64,000 bases of DNA from an uncultured bacterium (lineage in GTDB: Bacteria > Actinomycetota > Acidimicrobiia > Spongiisociales > ZC4RG35): the NCBI GenBank assembly GCA_963825585.1, contig CAWGTX010000001.1:669613-733612 (forward strand), given 5' to 3'. The notes under the pieces were generated by a model. The model had not been told where the DNA came from. It saw only the letters and a program-made list of their open reading frames with translations, and did not search any database. Numbering within the stretch: position 1 is the stretch's first letter; every line of letters begins with the position of its first letter. The position numbers and the translations under genes were made by a program. Of this stretch, positions 37,008 to 46,589 are shown piece by piece.

Positions 37008-38000
37008 TCAGCTGATCGTGACCACGATGCGGGTTCGGCGAATCAGCACATCCTGGTGGTACCAGCGGCCCTCGATCGAGAAGCTACCCGACGCCGGCGT
37101 GACGACCGTGTGGTTCCAGTTTCTCGTCACAACGGCTCCTGTCGACGTCTCGACCGGGGCCGGTCTCGGCCGTTGGGTGCCGTCGATGAGCAGATCGAAA
37201 CGGGTCGTCGAGGATCGGAAAGCCCCTTCCTCGCCTCCGACGAACGGAAGGACGTGGTCCCATCCCTCCGCCACCGAGATGCGCCGGTTTGGTCCACTGG
37301 TGGCGCTCCCGGAGCATGCGGTGCCGTCTTTCGAGCAGAACCAGCCTCGCGCCAGGTCGACCAACGGGGGCCGTTGGGGAAGCGCCAGCGCGCGTGCGAG
37401 AAACGATGCCATCTGTTCCCGTGTGACCGAGTTGGATGGGCAGTAGCGATCGTTGTCTGGTGGATTGCAGCCGACCGTGATCCCCGCCGTGGCGAGTCGT
37501 TCGATGTCGGCCTCGAACACCGAGCCGTTGTCGTCGACGAAGTCCACGTCGCCGCGGTCGGTGAGATCGAGAGCCCGCACCAGAAACGACGCCATCTGGC
37601 CTCTCGTGACCGGGGCATTCGGGCAGAACAGGGTGTTGCCGGGCGGGTTGCATCCCCGCGAGATGCCGGTGGCTGCGAGCCACTCGATGTCCCCCTCGAA
37701 CACGGTCCCCGTCGCGTCCGAGAACGAGGCGTCAGGCCCGATTGCGACACTGCCCTCGAATCCGCGTCGGAGGAAGGCTGCCATCTGTCCCCTCGTGACC
37801 GTCGCCTGCGGACAGAACCTGTCGGAGGTGGGTGGATTGCAGCCGACCGTGACACCGGCCGCGGCGATCGCCTCGATTGCCGACTCGTGCACCGAGGTGT
37901 CGTCGTCGGTGAAGCGTCCGGACAGGCGAGCGGCGCCGGCCGGTGCCACCGACCAGAGGAGTGCACTCACGACCACCAACGCGAGAGTCCGGGACTTCAC
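37008..38000 (-). CDS. Secreted protein with three SLH-like repeats and ~110-aa C-terminal domain of unknown function
   Basis: GTG at 38000 (VKSRTLALVVVSALLWSVAPAGAA signal), in a GTGA overlap with the upstream gene. Repeats as in 6733..7389. The N-terminal 237 aa of track ORF 37008..38711 is Arg-rich artefact. Confidence 0.65.
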   Translation of the reverse strand: MKSRTLALVVVSALLWSVAPAGAARLSGRFTDDDTSVHESAIEAIAAAGVTVGCNPPTSDRFCPQATVTRGQMAAFLRRGFEGSVAIGPDASFSDATGTVFEGDIEWLAATGISRGCNPPGNTLFCPNAPVTRGQMASFLVRALDLTDRGDVDFVDDNGSVFEADIERLATAGITVGCNPPDNDRYCPSNSVTREQMASFLARALALPQRPPLVDLARGWFCSKDGTACSGSATSGPNRRISVAEGWDHVLPFVGGEEGAFRSSTTRFDLLIDGTQRPRPAPVETSTGAVVTRNWNHTVVTPASGSFSIEGRWYHQDVLIRRTRIVVTIS

Positions 38001-38452
38001 GGAGCGATCTCCAGTCCCGCCAGCACAGTGTTGATCTGGCCGATCACGTCGGCGCGGTCGACATGCGACCCGACCACGATGTAGAGGCAGAAGGCACGCC
38101 CGGCATGAGTGAAGAACCGTTGCACGCCCGACATACCGGTAACGCGTGTGTGGAGGACGTCGCGGTCGAAGTCGTCGGTCGACACGAACCGGGGAGCCCC
38201 CTCGGTTGCGAACAGGGCCGTGCCCACGCTCTCGGGCCCGTACTCGTAGAGCACGACGAGCGCGTCGCCGGGTTCCATCACCATGATGGCACCACCACCG
38301 AAATCGCCCCGCCCGGGGGGTAGCGGGAAGTTGGCCAGATGGGCCACCGTCGGTCTGACCGCACCGTCCTCGAGCAGGTTGAGGCCCTCGTCGAGCTGGC
38401 CCTCCCAGCCGGCAGGGAGGTCGGCGCCGATGCCGCGTCCGTTGAGTCTCAT
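37997..38452 (-). CDS. Hypothetical protein (152 aa)
   Basis: ATG MRLNGRG confirmed at 38452. 4-nt overlaps with both neighbours, so it is embedded in the operon. Confidence 0.4.
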   Translation of the reverse strand: MRLNGRGIGADLPAGWEGQLDEGLNLLEDGAVRPTVAHLANFPLPPGRGDFGGGAIMVMEPGDALVVLYEYGPESVGTALFATEGAPRFVSTDDFDRDVLHTRVTGMSGVQRFFTHAGRAFCLYIVVGSHVDRADVIGQINTVLAGLEIAP

Positions 38453-39021
38453 GATCCGACCAGCCCGATGACTGACCCGCCGGCGAGCAACGCAACCGCT
38501 GCCGTGAGTCGGGCGGGCGTGGTGAGACGGGCCATGGTCTCGTGGAATCGACCGAGGCGTGACGGTCGGTCGATCCAGCCGGCGGCGAGCAGTGGGATCG
38601 CCCGTCCTCCACCGAACAGCATCCCTGCGATCGCACCGACGATCGGGTCGCCCATGAGGGCAAGGGCAACCACGAGAGCCGGCACCGCCCACGTGACGAC
38701 ATAGGTCGCAAATCCGATCCCCAGTTGAGCGCCGAAGGAGATCCCGTACACCCAACCTCGGAAGGTGCCGATCCACCGCTCGTTGACCTGGCGATGGAGC
38801 CACGGAACGGGTACAGCGGCGAGGTCGGCGACCCCGGCGGCCACGACCACCGCGGCCACCCATACCGGTGACGGTCGTGTGGCCAGCACGGAACCTACGA
38901 GCGCGGAGGTGGTGCCAAGGACGGCACCGGAGGTCATCGAGCCGACCGTGAACGCCGTCACGGTGACCCACCATCGGTTGGAGCGTGCCCGCTCACCGAG
39001 CGGGTGGATGCTGGACAGCAT
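38449..39021 (-). CDS. Hypothetical integral membrane protein (operon member)
   Basis: 190-aa ORF with 4-5 TM helices and no CxxC. Confidence 0.45.
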   Translation of the reverse strand: MLSSIHPLGERARSNRWWVTVTAFTVGSMTSGAVLGTTSALVGSVLATRPSPVWVAAVVVAAGVADLAAVPVPWLHRQVNERWIGTFRGWVYGISFGAQLGIGFATYVVTWAVPALVVALALMGDPIVGAIAGMLFGGGRAIPLLAAGWIDRPSRLGRFHETMARLTTPARLTAAVALLAGGSVIGLVGS

Positions 39022-39089
39022 CGATTCTCCTCAGGGTGACCAGCTCGAGCGGAGTGCGGCGAAGACCGCTGCGATGTAGACGGCGGTGG

Positions 39090-39818
39090 TCATGTGACCT
39101 CACCGGTCGGGCGTTGGTACAACACGGGGTCCCCCGGGGCGATCCCGGCCCGACGGAGTTCTTCTTCGGAGTCGGCCAGCCGATCGGTCGTGGAGCGGTG
39201 CAGAGGAATGCTCTCGGCGACGTCGCCCAGAGCCCGGTCCACGAGGCCAACCAGTTGCTGCCAGCCGGCCGCCGCCCCGTCGCCCACCACGACACCGCGA
39301 TCGGAATCGACCAGTGCGAAGTAGGGCGTGAACGGCACCTTGAAGTCGTCCCACGCCTCCGACGACATGATGGTCAGCGGATCGGACGGAGCCAGGCGCC
39401 GAATGTCACCCAGCGACTCGTCCATCGCCGACTTGGTCACGATGACCGTCCGTACCCCGCCACGAGGGGACTCGTGTCCGTCCTTGGCGAACTCCGCCCA
39501 AAAGGTCTTGCAGGTGCTGCAGCCCGAGGAGAGGAAGGCGAGGAGCGTGTAGCCACGCGAACCCTGCAGCGCCACCGACACGGTTGCTCCCTGCGGGCTC
39601 ATCCCGGTGATTGCGGTCCCGGGTGCCTCCTGCAGGGCGCGTGGCCGGCGGGTGGGGGAGAGCGGAACGGCAGCGGGGGCGTGGGCCGACGTGTGGTCGT
39701 CTCCCGCCCCGAGCTCGTGAAGCCGGCGAAGGATCTCGGCGTGACTGCGCAGCAGTCCGGCGACCAGCACGGCGAGCAGGAGGATGACGACACCCTCGAT
39801 CACCACGATCGCCGTCAT
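39090..39818 (-). CDS. Membrane-anchored thioredoxin-like protein (TlpA/ResA/MauD-like, CxxC)
   Basis: ATG MTAIVVIEGVVILLLAVLVAGLL (TM anchor) confirmed at 39818. Thioredoxin-fold active site FLSSGCSTCKTFW. Confidence 0.7.
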   Translation of the reverse strand: MTAIVVIEGVVILLLAVLVAGLLRSHAEILRRLHELGAGDDHTSAHAPAAVPLSPTRRPRALQEAPGTAITGMSPQGATVSVALQGSRGYTLLAFLSSGCSTCKTFWAEFAKDGHESPRGGVRTVIVTKSAMDESLGDIRRLAPSDPLTIMSSEAWDDFKVPFTPYFALVDSDRGVVVGDGAAAGWQQLVGLVDRALGDVAESIPLHRSTTDRLADSEEELRRAGIAPGDPVLYQRPTGEVT

Positions 39819-41152
39819 TCGATCCTCCCCCACACGACCGGCGTGCCGGTTGCGTCGCCGAACGTGAAGCTCGAGTCCGCTCCACCAGTCGTCCAACTGT
39901 TGCGCAGCGACCACACGCCACCGGAGAACCATCCGGGCAGAGTCCGGCCCGAGCCCGTCCAGTCGCCGGCCACCGGGACACCGCCACCGCTGAAGGTGAT
40001 GTCGATCTCTGGAGAGCCACCGCTGTTGGTGTTGCGCAGCAGCCACCGCTCGCCGCGTACCATCCCGGGGGAGTCCACCCCGTCGCCGTTCCAGTCGCCG
40101 ACCACGGGAATGTCGCCGGCCTGCCCGAACGTGAACTCGATGTCGGCAGCGCCGGCGCTGTTCGAATTCCGCAACAGCCAGCGGTTGCCCCGCACCACGC
40201 CGATGGTCGCAACCCCGGTGCCGTTCCAGTCGCCCACAACGGGGATGTCGCCCAGGGTGCCGTAGCGAACGACGAGGTCGGGAAGACCCGACCCCGGAAC
40301 CTGGCGGATGTACCAGGTGAGGGTCTCGTCGCCATCGATGCCGAGGCGGGCGCCCCGTACCACCGCCGGGGTCTCCAAGCCGCTCCCCGAGAAGTCGGCC
40401 ATGAGTGGCACATCCCCCGGAAGGCCGTAGGTGAAGTCGGACTGGGAAGCGCCGCTGGTCAAACCGTCGCGCAACGCCCAGGCATTCGATGTCACCACAC
40501 CGGGCCGAGCCGGAACGGGAGGGTTGTCACCGGTGTCGAACGGATGCAGGCAAGCGGCGTCATGGGTGCGGGTGTTCTGGTCGACGGCGTCGGAGCGGGT
40601 GCAGGAGGAGTCCCATTCCCAGGGCGGTACGCAGGTGATGACCCGGCATTCGATCGGCCCCAGACACTCGATGTTCTGGTTGCACTGGCCGTACCTGAAT
40701 CGGGTGCAGCCGACCTTCCAGTTGCCGCAGTCGTTGTTGGCACAGCGACAGGAGGTGCCGGCACATTCGGGGCTGCACGTACCCGAACCCCCGCAGCCGC
40801 AACTCCCACAGGAGGACGAGTTGCAGTCCATGTAGTACCGGGACCCGCCACCGCAGTATCCCGACCCTTCGGCGCGCCACCAGCCGGCGATCATCGATCC
40901 GGGAGGACAGGTGTTGACGCCGGTCATCGTGCAGCAGAACTGGGTGTAGCCACCGTCGGCGCAACGGGTTCCACCCGGGCAGTTCGAGGGGGTGCGGACG
41001 ACCGCCGAATACGCCGAGCCGGGGCGGAGGATGTACACGGCGGGGGCGGTCGCCAGGGCCGAGCCGACGATGGCGCTCCGCCGCAGGAACCCCCGGCGAC
41101 TGGTGCGTTGCTCGAGGAAGCCCGCGGCCCTGTCGACGAACGATCCACTCAT
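39815..41152 (-). CDS. Tat-signal secreted protein: extremely Cys-rich N-terminal domain (about 26 Cys in about 150 aa) followed by FG-GAP-like beta-propeller repeats
   Basis: SRRGFLRRSAIVGSALATAPAVY twin-arginine signal. Cys-rich run CPGGTRCADGGYTQFCCTMTGVNTCPP...CGSCGCGGSGTCSPECAGTSCRCANNDCGNWKVGC. Repeats DIPVVGDWNGDGVDSPGMVRGERWLLRN x5. Confidence 0.65.
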   Translation of the reverse strand: MSGSFVDRAAGFLEQRTSRRGFLRRSAIVGSALATAPAVYILRPGSAYSAVVRTPSNCPGGTRCADGGYTQFCCTMTGVNTCPPGSMIAGWWRAEGSGYCGGGSRYYMDCNSSSCGSCGCGGSGTCSPECAGTSCRCANNDCGNWKVGCTRFRYGQCNQNIECLGPIECRVITCVPPWEWDSSCTRSDAVDQNTRTHDAACLHPFDTGDNPPVPARPGVVTSNAWALRDGLTSGASQSDFTYGLPGDVPLMADFSGSGLETPAVVRGARLGIDGDETLTWYIRQVPGSGLPDLVVRYGTLGDIPVVGDWNGTGVATIGVVRGNRWLLRNSNSAGAADIEFTFGQAGDIPVVGDWNGDGVDSPGMVRGERWLLRNTNSGGSPEIDITFSGGGVPVAGDWTGSGRTLPGWFSGGVWSLRNSWTTGGADSSFTFGDATGTPVVWGRIE

Positions 41153-41751
41153 GACCGCCCCGTCCGGGCTGCCGCAATCGTGGCGGGCATCTCGGCGAGG
41201 ATCAGATACAGGAGGTAGGTGGCCAACGCAGCGAAGACCATGACTCCGCCGGCTTCGAGGGCGTCGGAGCCGAAACGGTCGAACAGGCTGGCTCGGCCCG
41301 CCGCGCCGGCCGACCCGGCTGCAAGCGCGAGGTTCACGACGACATGGCTACGGGTGGGGGGCGTGTCCCGTTTCCCGAAGCACCCGCAGCTCTGGATCGG
41401 CAGGTCCCGACGAAGCGCCCAGGCGACGAAACCGGCGAACCCGACGTAGAGGGACGCCACCGCCAGGCCCGCCGCCGGATGTGGGGTGACCAGGGCCGAC
41501 GCGCCCGCCGCGATCTCGACGAGACCCAGCGCGGTGACAGCCGCGCGGTTCGCAGGCAGACGGGCAGCACGAAGCGCACCCGTGGTTGGGCCCCCGTCCG
41601 CCAGTTTGGCTCCCCCGCTCAGGATCAGCAGCAAGGCTGCGATCACGAGCATGCTTTCCAGCAGCATCGTGACGAGGCTAGTCCAAGCGGTGGGGGAAGC
41701 GACCACACGTTCAGAACGTCGCTGGGCGGTCGCTTCATCCTTCTGGCGCAT
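41149..41751 (-). CDS. MauE/DoxX-family redox-associated membrane protein (CGC motif)
   Basis: TM-rich protein with the SCGCFG motif. Candidate ATG starts at 41751, 41667 and 41652; the track start at 41955 is probably too long. Confidence 0.6.
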   Translation of the reverse strand: MRQKDEATAQRRSERVVASPTAWTSLVTMLLESMLVIAALLLILSGGAKLADGGPTTGALRAARLPANRAAVTALGLVEIAAGASALVTPHPAAGLAVASLYVGFAGFVAWALRRDLPIQSCGCFGKRDTPPTRSHVVVNLALAAGSAGAAGRASLFDRFGSDALEAGGVMVFAALATYLLYLILAEMPATIAAARTGRS

Positions 41752-41797
41752 CTCCGACGTTCGGATACTGTGTGGACCGGGAACAAGGGAGCGGATC

Positions 41798-42739
41798 ATG
41801 AAGACACTCGTCACCGGCGGCGCCGGTTTCATCGGATCGAACATCGCGCGCGCACTACTCGAACGGGGCGACGAGGTGCGGATCATCGACGACTTCGCCA
41901 CCGGGCGGCGCCAGAACGTCGAAGGGCTCGACGTCGAACTCATCGAGGCCACCATCGAGGACCCCGAGGCGGTGGCGCGAGCCGTCGAGGGAGTCGAGGT
42001 GGTGTTTCACCAGGCCGCCCTCCCCAGCGTGAAGCGAAGCGTGGACAACCCTGCTCGGACGCACTCGGTCAACGCCACCGGGTCGCTCAACGTCTTGAAC
42101 GCCGCCCGCATGGCCAACGTCAGGCGGGTCGTGTACGCCTCGTCATCGAGCGCATACGGCAACACCCCCACGCTCCCAAAGCACGAAGGTATGGTCACGG
42201 CCCCTCTCTCGCCGTACGCCGTCGCCAAGCTGGCAGGCGAGCAGTACTGCAAGGCATTCGCCCATGTCTACGATCTCGAGACGGTGGCTCTGCGCTACTT
42301 CAACGTGTTCGGGCCCCATCAGGACCCCACCAGCCACTATTCGGCGGTGATCCCGCTGTTCACCACCGCCCTCCTCGAGGGGCGAGCGCCAGTCATCCAC
42401 GGCGACGGCGAACAGACCCGCGACTTCACCTACGTCGACAACGTGATCCAGGCGAACTTGAAGGCGGCCGCCGCCGACTCCCGGTCCTCAGGCGAGGCAA
42501 TGAACATCGCCTGCGGTTACCGCGTCAGTCTCAACCAGCTGCTGGTGGCCATCGGCGAGACGCTCGGGAACACCGACTACCAGGTCACCCACACCGAGAC
42601 CCGTGCCGGCGACGTACGCGACTCACTCGCCGACATCTCCAAAGCCCGCGACCTCATCGGCTACGAACCCACCGTCCTGCTCGAAGAGGGTCTGAAGAAG
42701 ACGGTCGAGTGGTTCGTGGGAGCGGGCGCGAACGCGTAG
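41798..42739 (+). CDS. NAD-dependent nucleotide-sugar epimerase/dehydratase (UDP-GlcNAc/UDP-Glc 4-epimerase-like, extended SDR)
   Basis: MKTLVTGGAGFIGSNIA Rossmann motif and catalytic YAVAK (YxxxK). ATG at 41798 preceded by AAGGGA. Confidence 0.85.
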   Translation: MKTLVTGGAGFIGSNIARALLERGDEVRIIDDFATGRRQNVEGLDVELIEATIEDPEAVARAVEGVEVVFHQAALPSVKRSVDNPARTHSVNATGSLNVLNAARMANVRRVVYASSSSAYGNTPTLPKHEGMVTAPLSPYAVAKLAGEQYCKAFAHVYDLETVALRYFNVFGPHQDPTSHYSAVIPLFTTALLEGRAPVIHGDGEQTRDFTYVDNVIQANLKAAAADSRSSGEAMNIACGYRVSLNQLLVAIGETLGNTDYQVTHTETRAGDVRDSLADISKARDLIGYEPTVLLEEGLKKTVEWFVGAGANA

Positions 42740-42888
42740 TTGACCCAGGGGGGACGACCCCCCTGACCCCCCGCCGGTTGTGGTGGTGCGGCACTCGCGT
42801 GGTGGGCCGGGGTGTTCAACAGGCCGCGCATACGTTTGCCACGTGGAGCGACGAGCTGCGAGCTGCGAGCGAAACCTTGGCTGCTGGC

Positions 42889-43077
42889 TGCTGGCTGCTG
42901 GCTGCTGGCTGCTGGCTGCTGGCGAAGAGTCGTCCGAAGCAGCGCGAAAGGGGCTGGGTCGACCGCTCCGGCGTGAGGACCGCTGCCGCTCTGCCCCATC
43001 TGTCGCGGCTTCGCTGCGCTTCCGGGCGTTCTGCGTTCTGCGTCTGGCTGGCAGCTGGTAGCTGGTAGCTACCAGCT
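42889..43077. repeat. Intergenic repeat element: (CTGGCTG)4-5 array at 42889-42916 and 11-bp-stem palindrome AGCTGGTAGCT-GGT-AGCTACCAGCT at 43053-43077
   Basis: Exact heptamer array. Perfect hairpin overlapping the stop of the convergent CysQ gene. Confidence 0.6.
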
Positions 43078-43849
43078 ACTTCGTGATCTCCTGAACCGCT
43101 TCCATCAGCGCTCCATTCGTTGCGAGGAAGCCTGTCAGGAGTGGGTCGGGGCGGTTGAAGCGGGGTTGTGTTCCGTCGAGGAATCGCACCTGGCCGCCAC
43201 CGGCCACCACCAGGGCGGCACCGCCGACCACGTCCCACTCGTTCTTGGGGACCAGGGTCCAGGTGGCGTCGGCCAGGCCTGCAGCCACCAGGCCGAGTTT
43301 GTAGGCGACCGAGCCCATGTTGCGGACTGAGACCGGGGTACGGAAGAAGCGGTCCCACTCACCCCGCTTGACTTCGCTGCGGCTGGCGAGCACGAGTGCG
43401 CCGTCGATCGACCGGGTGGATGTGACGCCGGCCGGCTGACCGTTCAGCGTGACCCCGTGGCCAACCGCACCGAGGATGAGGTGGTTGGGCCCGGGCGCCA
43501 GGATGCCCCCGGCGACCGGGAGACCGTCCTCGACCAGCCCGATGGAGACGCACCACTCCGGGATGCCGTCGACGAACTCGCGGGTGCCGTCGAGCGGATC
43601 TACCACCCACACCCGGGAACACTCGAGGCGGCCCACGTCGTCGGCGGTCTCCTCGGAGAGCCATCCTTCTCCCGCCTCGAGCAGGGACTCCTTCATGATG
43701 GCGTCGATGAGGATGTCGGCCTCGGTCACCGGATCGCCCCCGGCCTTTGCGGAGGCGGCCACCGAACCCGCCGTGAACGACTGGAGGGCGGATCCGGCGC
43801 GCGTGAGCGCCGCCTCGATGCGGTCCAGATCCTTGGTGTACTTGCTCAT
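43076..43849 (-). CDS. cysQ: Inositol-monophosphatase family protein, probable 3'(2'),5'-bisphosphate nucleotidase (CysQ-like PAP phosphatase)
   Basis: WVVDPLDGT and WDVVGG motifs. Lies next to the cysDN-cysC genes and a sulfate-type transporter. Confidence 0.65.
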   Translation of the reverse strand: MSKYTKDLDRIEAALTRAGSALQSFTAGSVAASAKAGGDPVTEADILIDAIMKESLLEAGEGWLSEETADDVGRLECSRVWVVDPLDGTREFVDGIPEWCVSIGLVEDGLPVAGGILAPGPNHLILGAVGHGVTLNGQPAGVTSTRSIDGALVLASRSEVKRGEWDRFFRTPVSVRNMGSVAYKLGLVAAGLADATWTLVPKNEWDVVGGAALVVAGGGQVRFLDGTQPRFNRPDPLLTGFLATNGALMEAVQEITK

Positions 43850-43862
43850 CTCACTCCAGGTT

Positions 43863-45629
43863 TCACGAGGGCCAGAACAGTGGCACGGCCACCACGATCG
43901 TCGTGACCATCACGACGGTGAGTGGCGCGCCCAGACGGACGTAGTCGGAGAACCGGTAGCCGCCGGGGCCGTAGACCATCGTGTTGGTCTGGTACCCGAT
44001 CGGTGTGAGGAACGACGCAGATGCTGCCACGGCGACAGCGATGGCGGCGCCCCGTGCGTCCAGACCGGCCGGCCCCGCTGCCGCCATCGCAATGGGGAAC
44101 ATGAGGAGTGCGGCGGCGTTGTTGGTGACGAGCTCAGTGAGAACCACGGTCGCCAGCACCAACCCGAGCAGCACTCCGGTGGGACCGAGCGGATCGAAGA
44201 TCGACGTGAGGGCGCCGGCGAGCACCTCGGCCAAGCCCGACGATTCGACAGCGGCCGCCAACCCGAATGCGGCGGCGATGACGCCGATCACCTCGAGGTC
44301 GACGGCCCGTCGGGCCTCGTCGGGTGAGAGGATCCGGAGCGCGATCAGGAGCAGCGATGCCACCAACGAACCCTGCAGGATCGGGACGACCCCAAGCGCC
44401 GCCAGCGTCACGAGGCCCACGAGCAGCAGCCCCACGATCTTGGCGTTCCGCGACGTGATGGGAGGCGTGGCGTCCATCTCGGCAACCAGGATGAAGTCGA
44501 GACGGTGCCGCCACCGATCACGGAAACCCGGATCGGCGATCACGATGAGCGTATCACCCACGCGGAGTGGAACGGTGCCGAGCTTGGCGTCGACCAGTTG
44601 TCCGGATCGGGAGATGGCGAGCACCGCAGCCTGGTAGCGGCTCCGAAAACCGACGTCGACCAGTGTGCGTCCGACCAGGGGCGACTCGGCCCCGATCACC
44701 GCCTCGAAGTACCGCACCATCGGGTCGAGGCTGAGCACGTGTTTCTCCTCCGCCGAACGCAGCCCTTTCATCGACCGGAGGTCCAGCACTTCGTCGGCCC
44801 GACCCACGAATCTCAGGCGGTTCTCACCACGAAGAACCGTCTCCGGGCGGACCGGAGCGATGACCGTGTCGCCCCGGTCCACCGCGGCCAGGAACACTGC
44901 GTTCAGGTGGCGGAGTCCGGCTTCCTCGACGGTCGAGCCATCCATGGGGCCGCCGGTCTCGACGACCATTTCCACGGTGAAGCGGTTCGAGTCTTCGATC
45001 AGCCCCTCGCGCACCGAACGGCGGGGCGGAAGCACCCTCGGAGCCAGGGCAACAACGAGGATGGTCCCCACCACGGCCACGGGGAGACCGACCTTTCCGA
45101 TCTCGAAGAAACCGATCGGGTCGAGTCCGGCTGCATCCATCTGGCCGGAGATCACGAGGTTGGTGGAGGTGCCGATCACGGTCATGACCCCGCCGAGGAT
45201 GGCCGCGAACGACAGCGGCATGAGTAACTTCGACGGCGAGATACCGCGGCGTTCCGCCCACGCCGAAACCTGGGGCGCCAGCATCGCCACGATCGGCGTG
45301 TTGTTGAGGAATCCCGACACGAGAACCGTGGGTGTCAGCAGCCTGAGAAGCGGTCTCCGGAGCACGCCCCGCTCCCCGAGCGTCTTTCGCACGAGCGGTG
45401 ACAGGGCCCCGGTCTTGTCGACCGACGCGGCGAGCACGTAGAGAGCCGCCACCGTGATCGGCCCCGGATTCGAGAACCCCGAGAATGCCTGCCCGACATC
45501 GATGACTCCGATGACGAGCAATGTGACCGTGCCGGCGAAAACGGCCGTGGCGGGAGACGTCAGATCACGCACCAGTGCCACGAGCACGGCGGCGACGACG
45601 AGAAGGGTGAACCAGGCATCAGGAGTCAT
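43863..45629 (-). CDS. SLC13/DASS family anion transporter with two central TrkA-C (RCK_C) domains; putative sulfate permease
   Basis: 588-aa ORF with N- and C-terminal TM repeats flanking two RCK_C-like domains (...GRTLVDVGFRSRYQAAVLAISRSG...). Confidence 0.75.
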   Translation of the reverse strand: MTPDAWFTLLVVAAVLVALVRDLTSPATAVFAGTVTLLVIGVIDVGQAFSGFSNPGPITVAALYVLAASVDKTGALSPLVRKTLGERGVLRRPLLRLLTPTVLVSGFLNNTPIVAMLAPQVSAWAERRGISPSKLLMPLSFAAILGGVMTVIGTSTNLVISGQMDAAGLDPIGFFEIGKVGLPVAVVGTILVVALAPRVLPPRRSVREGLIEDSNRFTVEMVVETGGPMDGSTVEEAGLRHLNAVFLAAVDRGDTVIAPVRPETVLRGENRLRFVGRADEVLDLRSMKGLRSAEEKHVLSLDPMVRYFEAVIGAESPLVGRTLVDVGFRSRYQAAVLAISRSGQLVDAKLGTVPLRVGDTLIVIADPGFRDRWRHRLDFILVAEMDATPPITSRNAKIVGLLLVGLVTLAALGVVPILQGSLVASLLLIALRILSPDEARRAVDLEVIGVIAAAFGLAAAVESSGLAEVLAGALTSIFDPLGPTGVLLGLVLATVVLTELVTNNAAALLMFPIAMAAAGPAGLDARGAAIAVAVAASASFLTPIGYQTNTMVYGPGGYRFSDYVRLGAPLTVVMVTTIVVAVPLFWPS

Positions 45630-45683
45630 GAGACGAAGCTACGGTCTAGCAGCTCTCGCCATTTCGGATATCCTGTGCTGCTC

Positions 45684-46589
45684 ATGTCGTACCAGCTGGA
45701 CCACCTGCGCGCGCTCGAAGCCGAGTCGATCCACATCATCAGGGAAGCAGTGGCCGAGGGCGAACGCCCCGTGCTGCTGTTCTCCGGGGGCAAGGACTCG
45801 GCTGTCGTTCTGCGCCTCGCCGTCAAGGCGTTTCACCCTGCCCGCCTTCCGTTTCCGGTCATGCACGTCGATACCGGGCACAACTTCCCCGAGGTGATCG
45901 AGTTCCGCGACCGAACCGTCGCCGAGCTCGGCTGCACCCTCATCGTCGCCTCCGTACAGGAGTCGATCGATGCGGGTCGTGTCGTCGAGGAGACCGGCCC
46001 CCGGGCCAGTCGCAATCGACTCCAAACCGAGTCGCTGCTCTCGGCGATCGAGGAGAACCAGTTCGACGTCGTGTTCGGGGGTGCCCGGCGTGACGAGGAG
46101 AAGGCCCGTGCCAAGGAGCGGGTGTTCAGCTTCCGGGACGACTTCGGTCAGTGGGATCCGAAGAACCAGCGGCCCGAGCTTTGGAATCTCTACAACGCCC
46201 GCCATCGCAAGGGTGAGCATCTCCGGGTGTTCCCGATCTCGAACTGGACCGAGATGGACATCTACCAGTACATCCTCGACGAGCAGATCGACCTTCCGTC
46301 GGTGTACTTCTCCCACACCCGCCGTGTGTTCGAGCGGGACGGCATGCTCATGGCCGAGAACCCCCATCTCACCCTCATGGACAGCGAAGAGATCTTCGAG
46401 CGGGTGGTGCGGTTCCGCACGGTTGGCGACATGACCTGCACCGGCGCATTCGAATCGGTCGCCGCCAACATCGAGGACATCATCATCGAGGTGGCGGCCA
46501 GCCGTGTCACCGAACGTGGCGCCAGCCGGGCCGATGACAAGACGACCGAGGCCGCCATGGAGGATCGCAAGCGTGAGGGGTATTTCTAG
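45684..46589 (+). CDS. cysD: Sulfate adenylyltransferase subunit 2
   Basis: PAPS-reductase-fold PP-loop LFSGGKDSAVVL. Alternative GTG start at 45675. Confidence 0.9.
   Translation: MSYQLDHLRALEAESIHIIREAVAEGERPVLLFSGGKDSAVVLRLAVKAFHPARLPFPVMHVDTGHNFPEVIEFRDRTVAELGCTLIVASVQESIDAGRVVEETGPRASRNRLQTESLLSAIEENQFDVVFGGARRDEEKARAKERVFSFRDDFGQWDPKNQRPELWNLYNARHRKGEHLRVFPISNWTEMDIYQYILDEQIDLPSVYFSHTRRVFERDGMLMAENPHLTLMDSEEIFERVVRFRTVGDMTCTGAFESVAANIEDIIIEVAASRVTERGASRADDKTTEAAMEDRKREGYF

Noticed and set aside
41486-41797. Long N-terminal extension of the epimerase ORF
   Set aside because: An Ala/Arg-rich extension overlapping the divergent MauE-like gene. The canonical Rossmann N-terminus MKTLVTGGAGFIG with an RBS begins at 41798.
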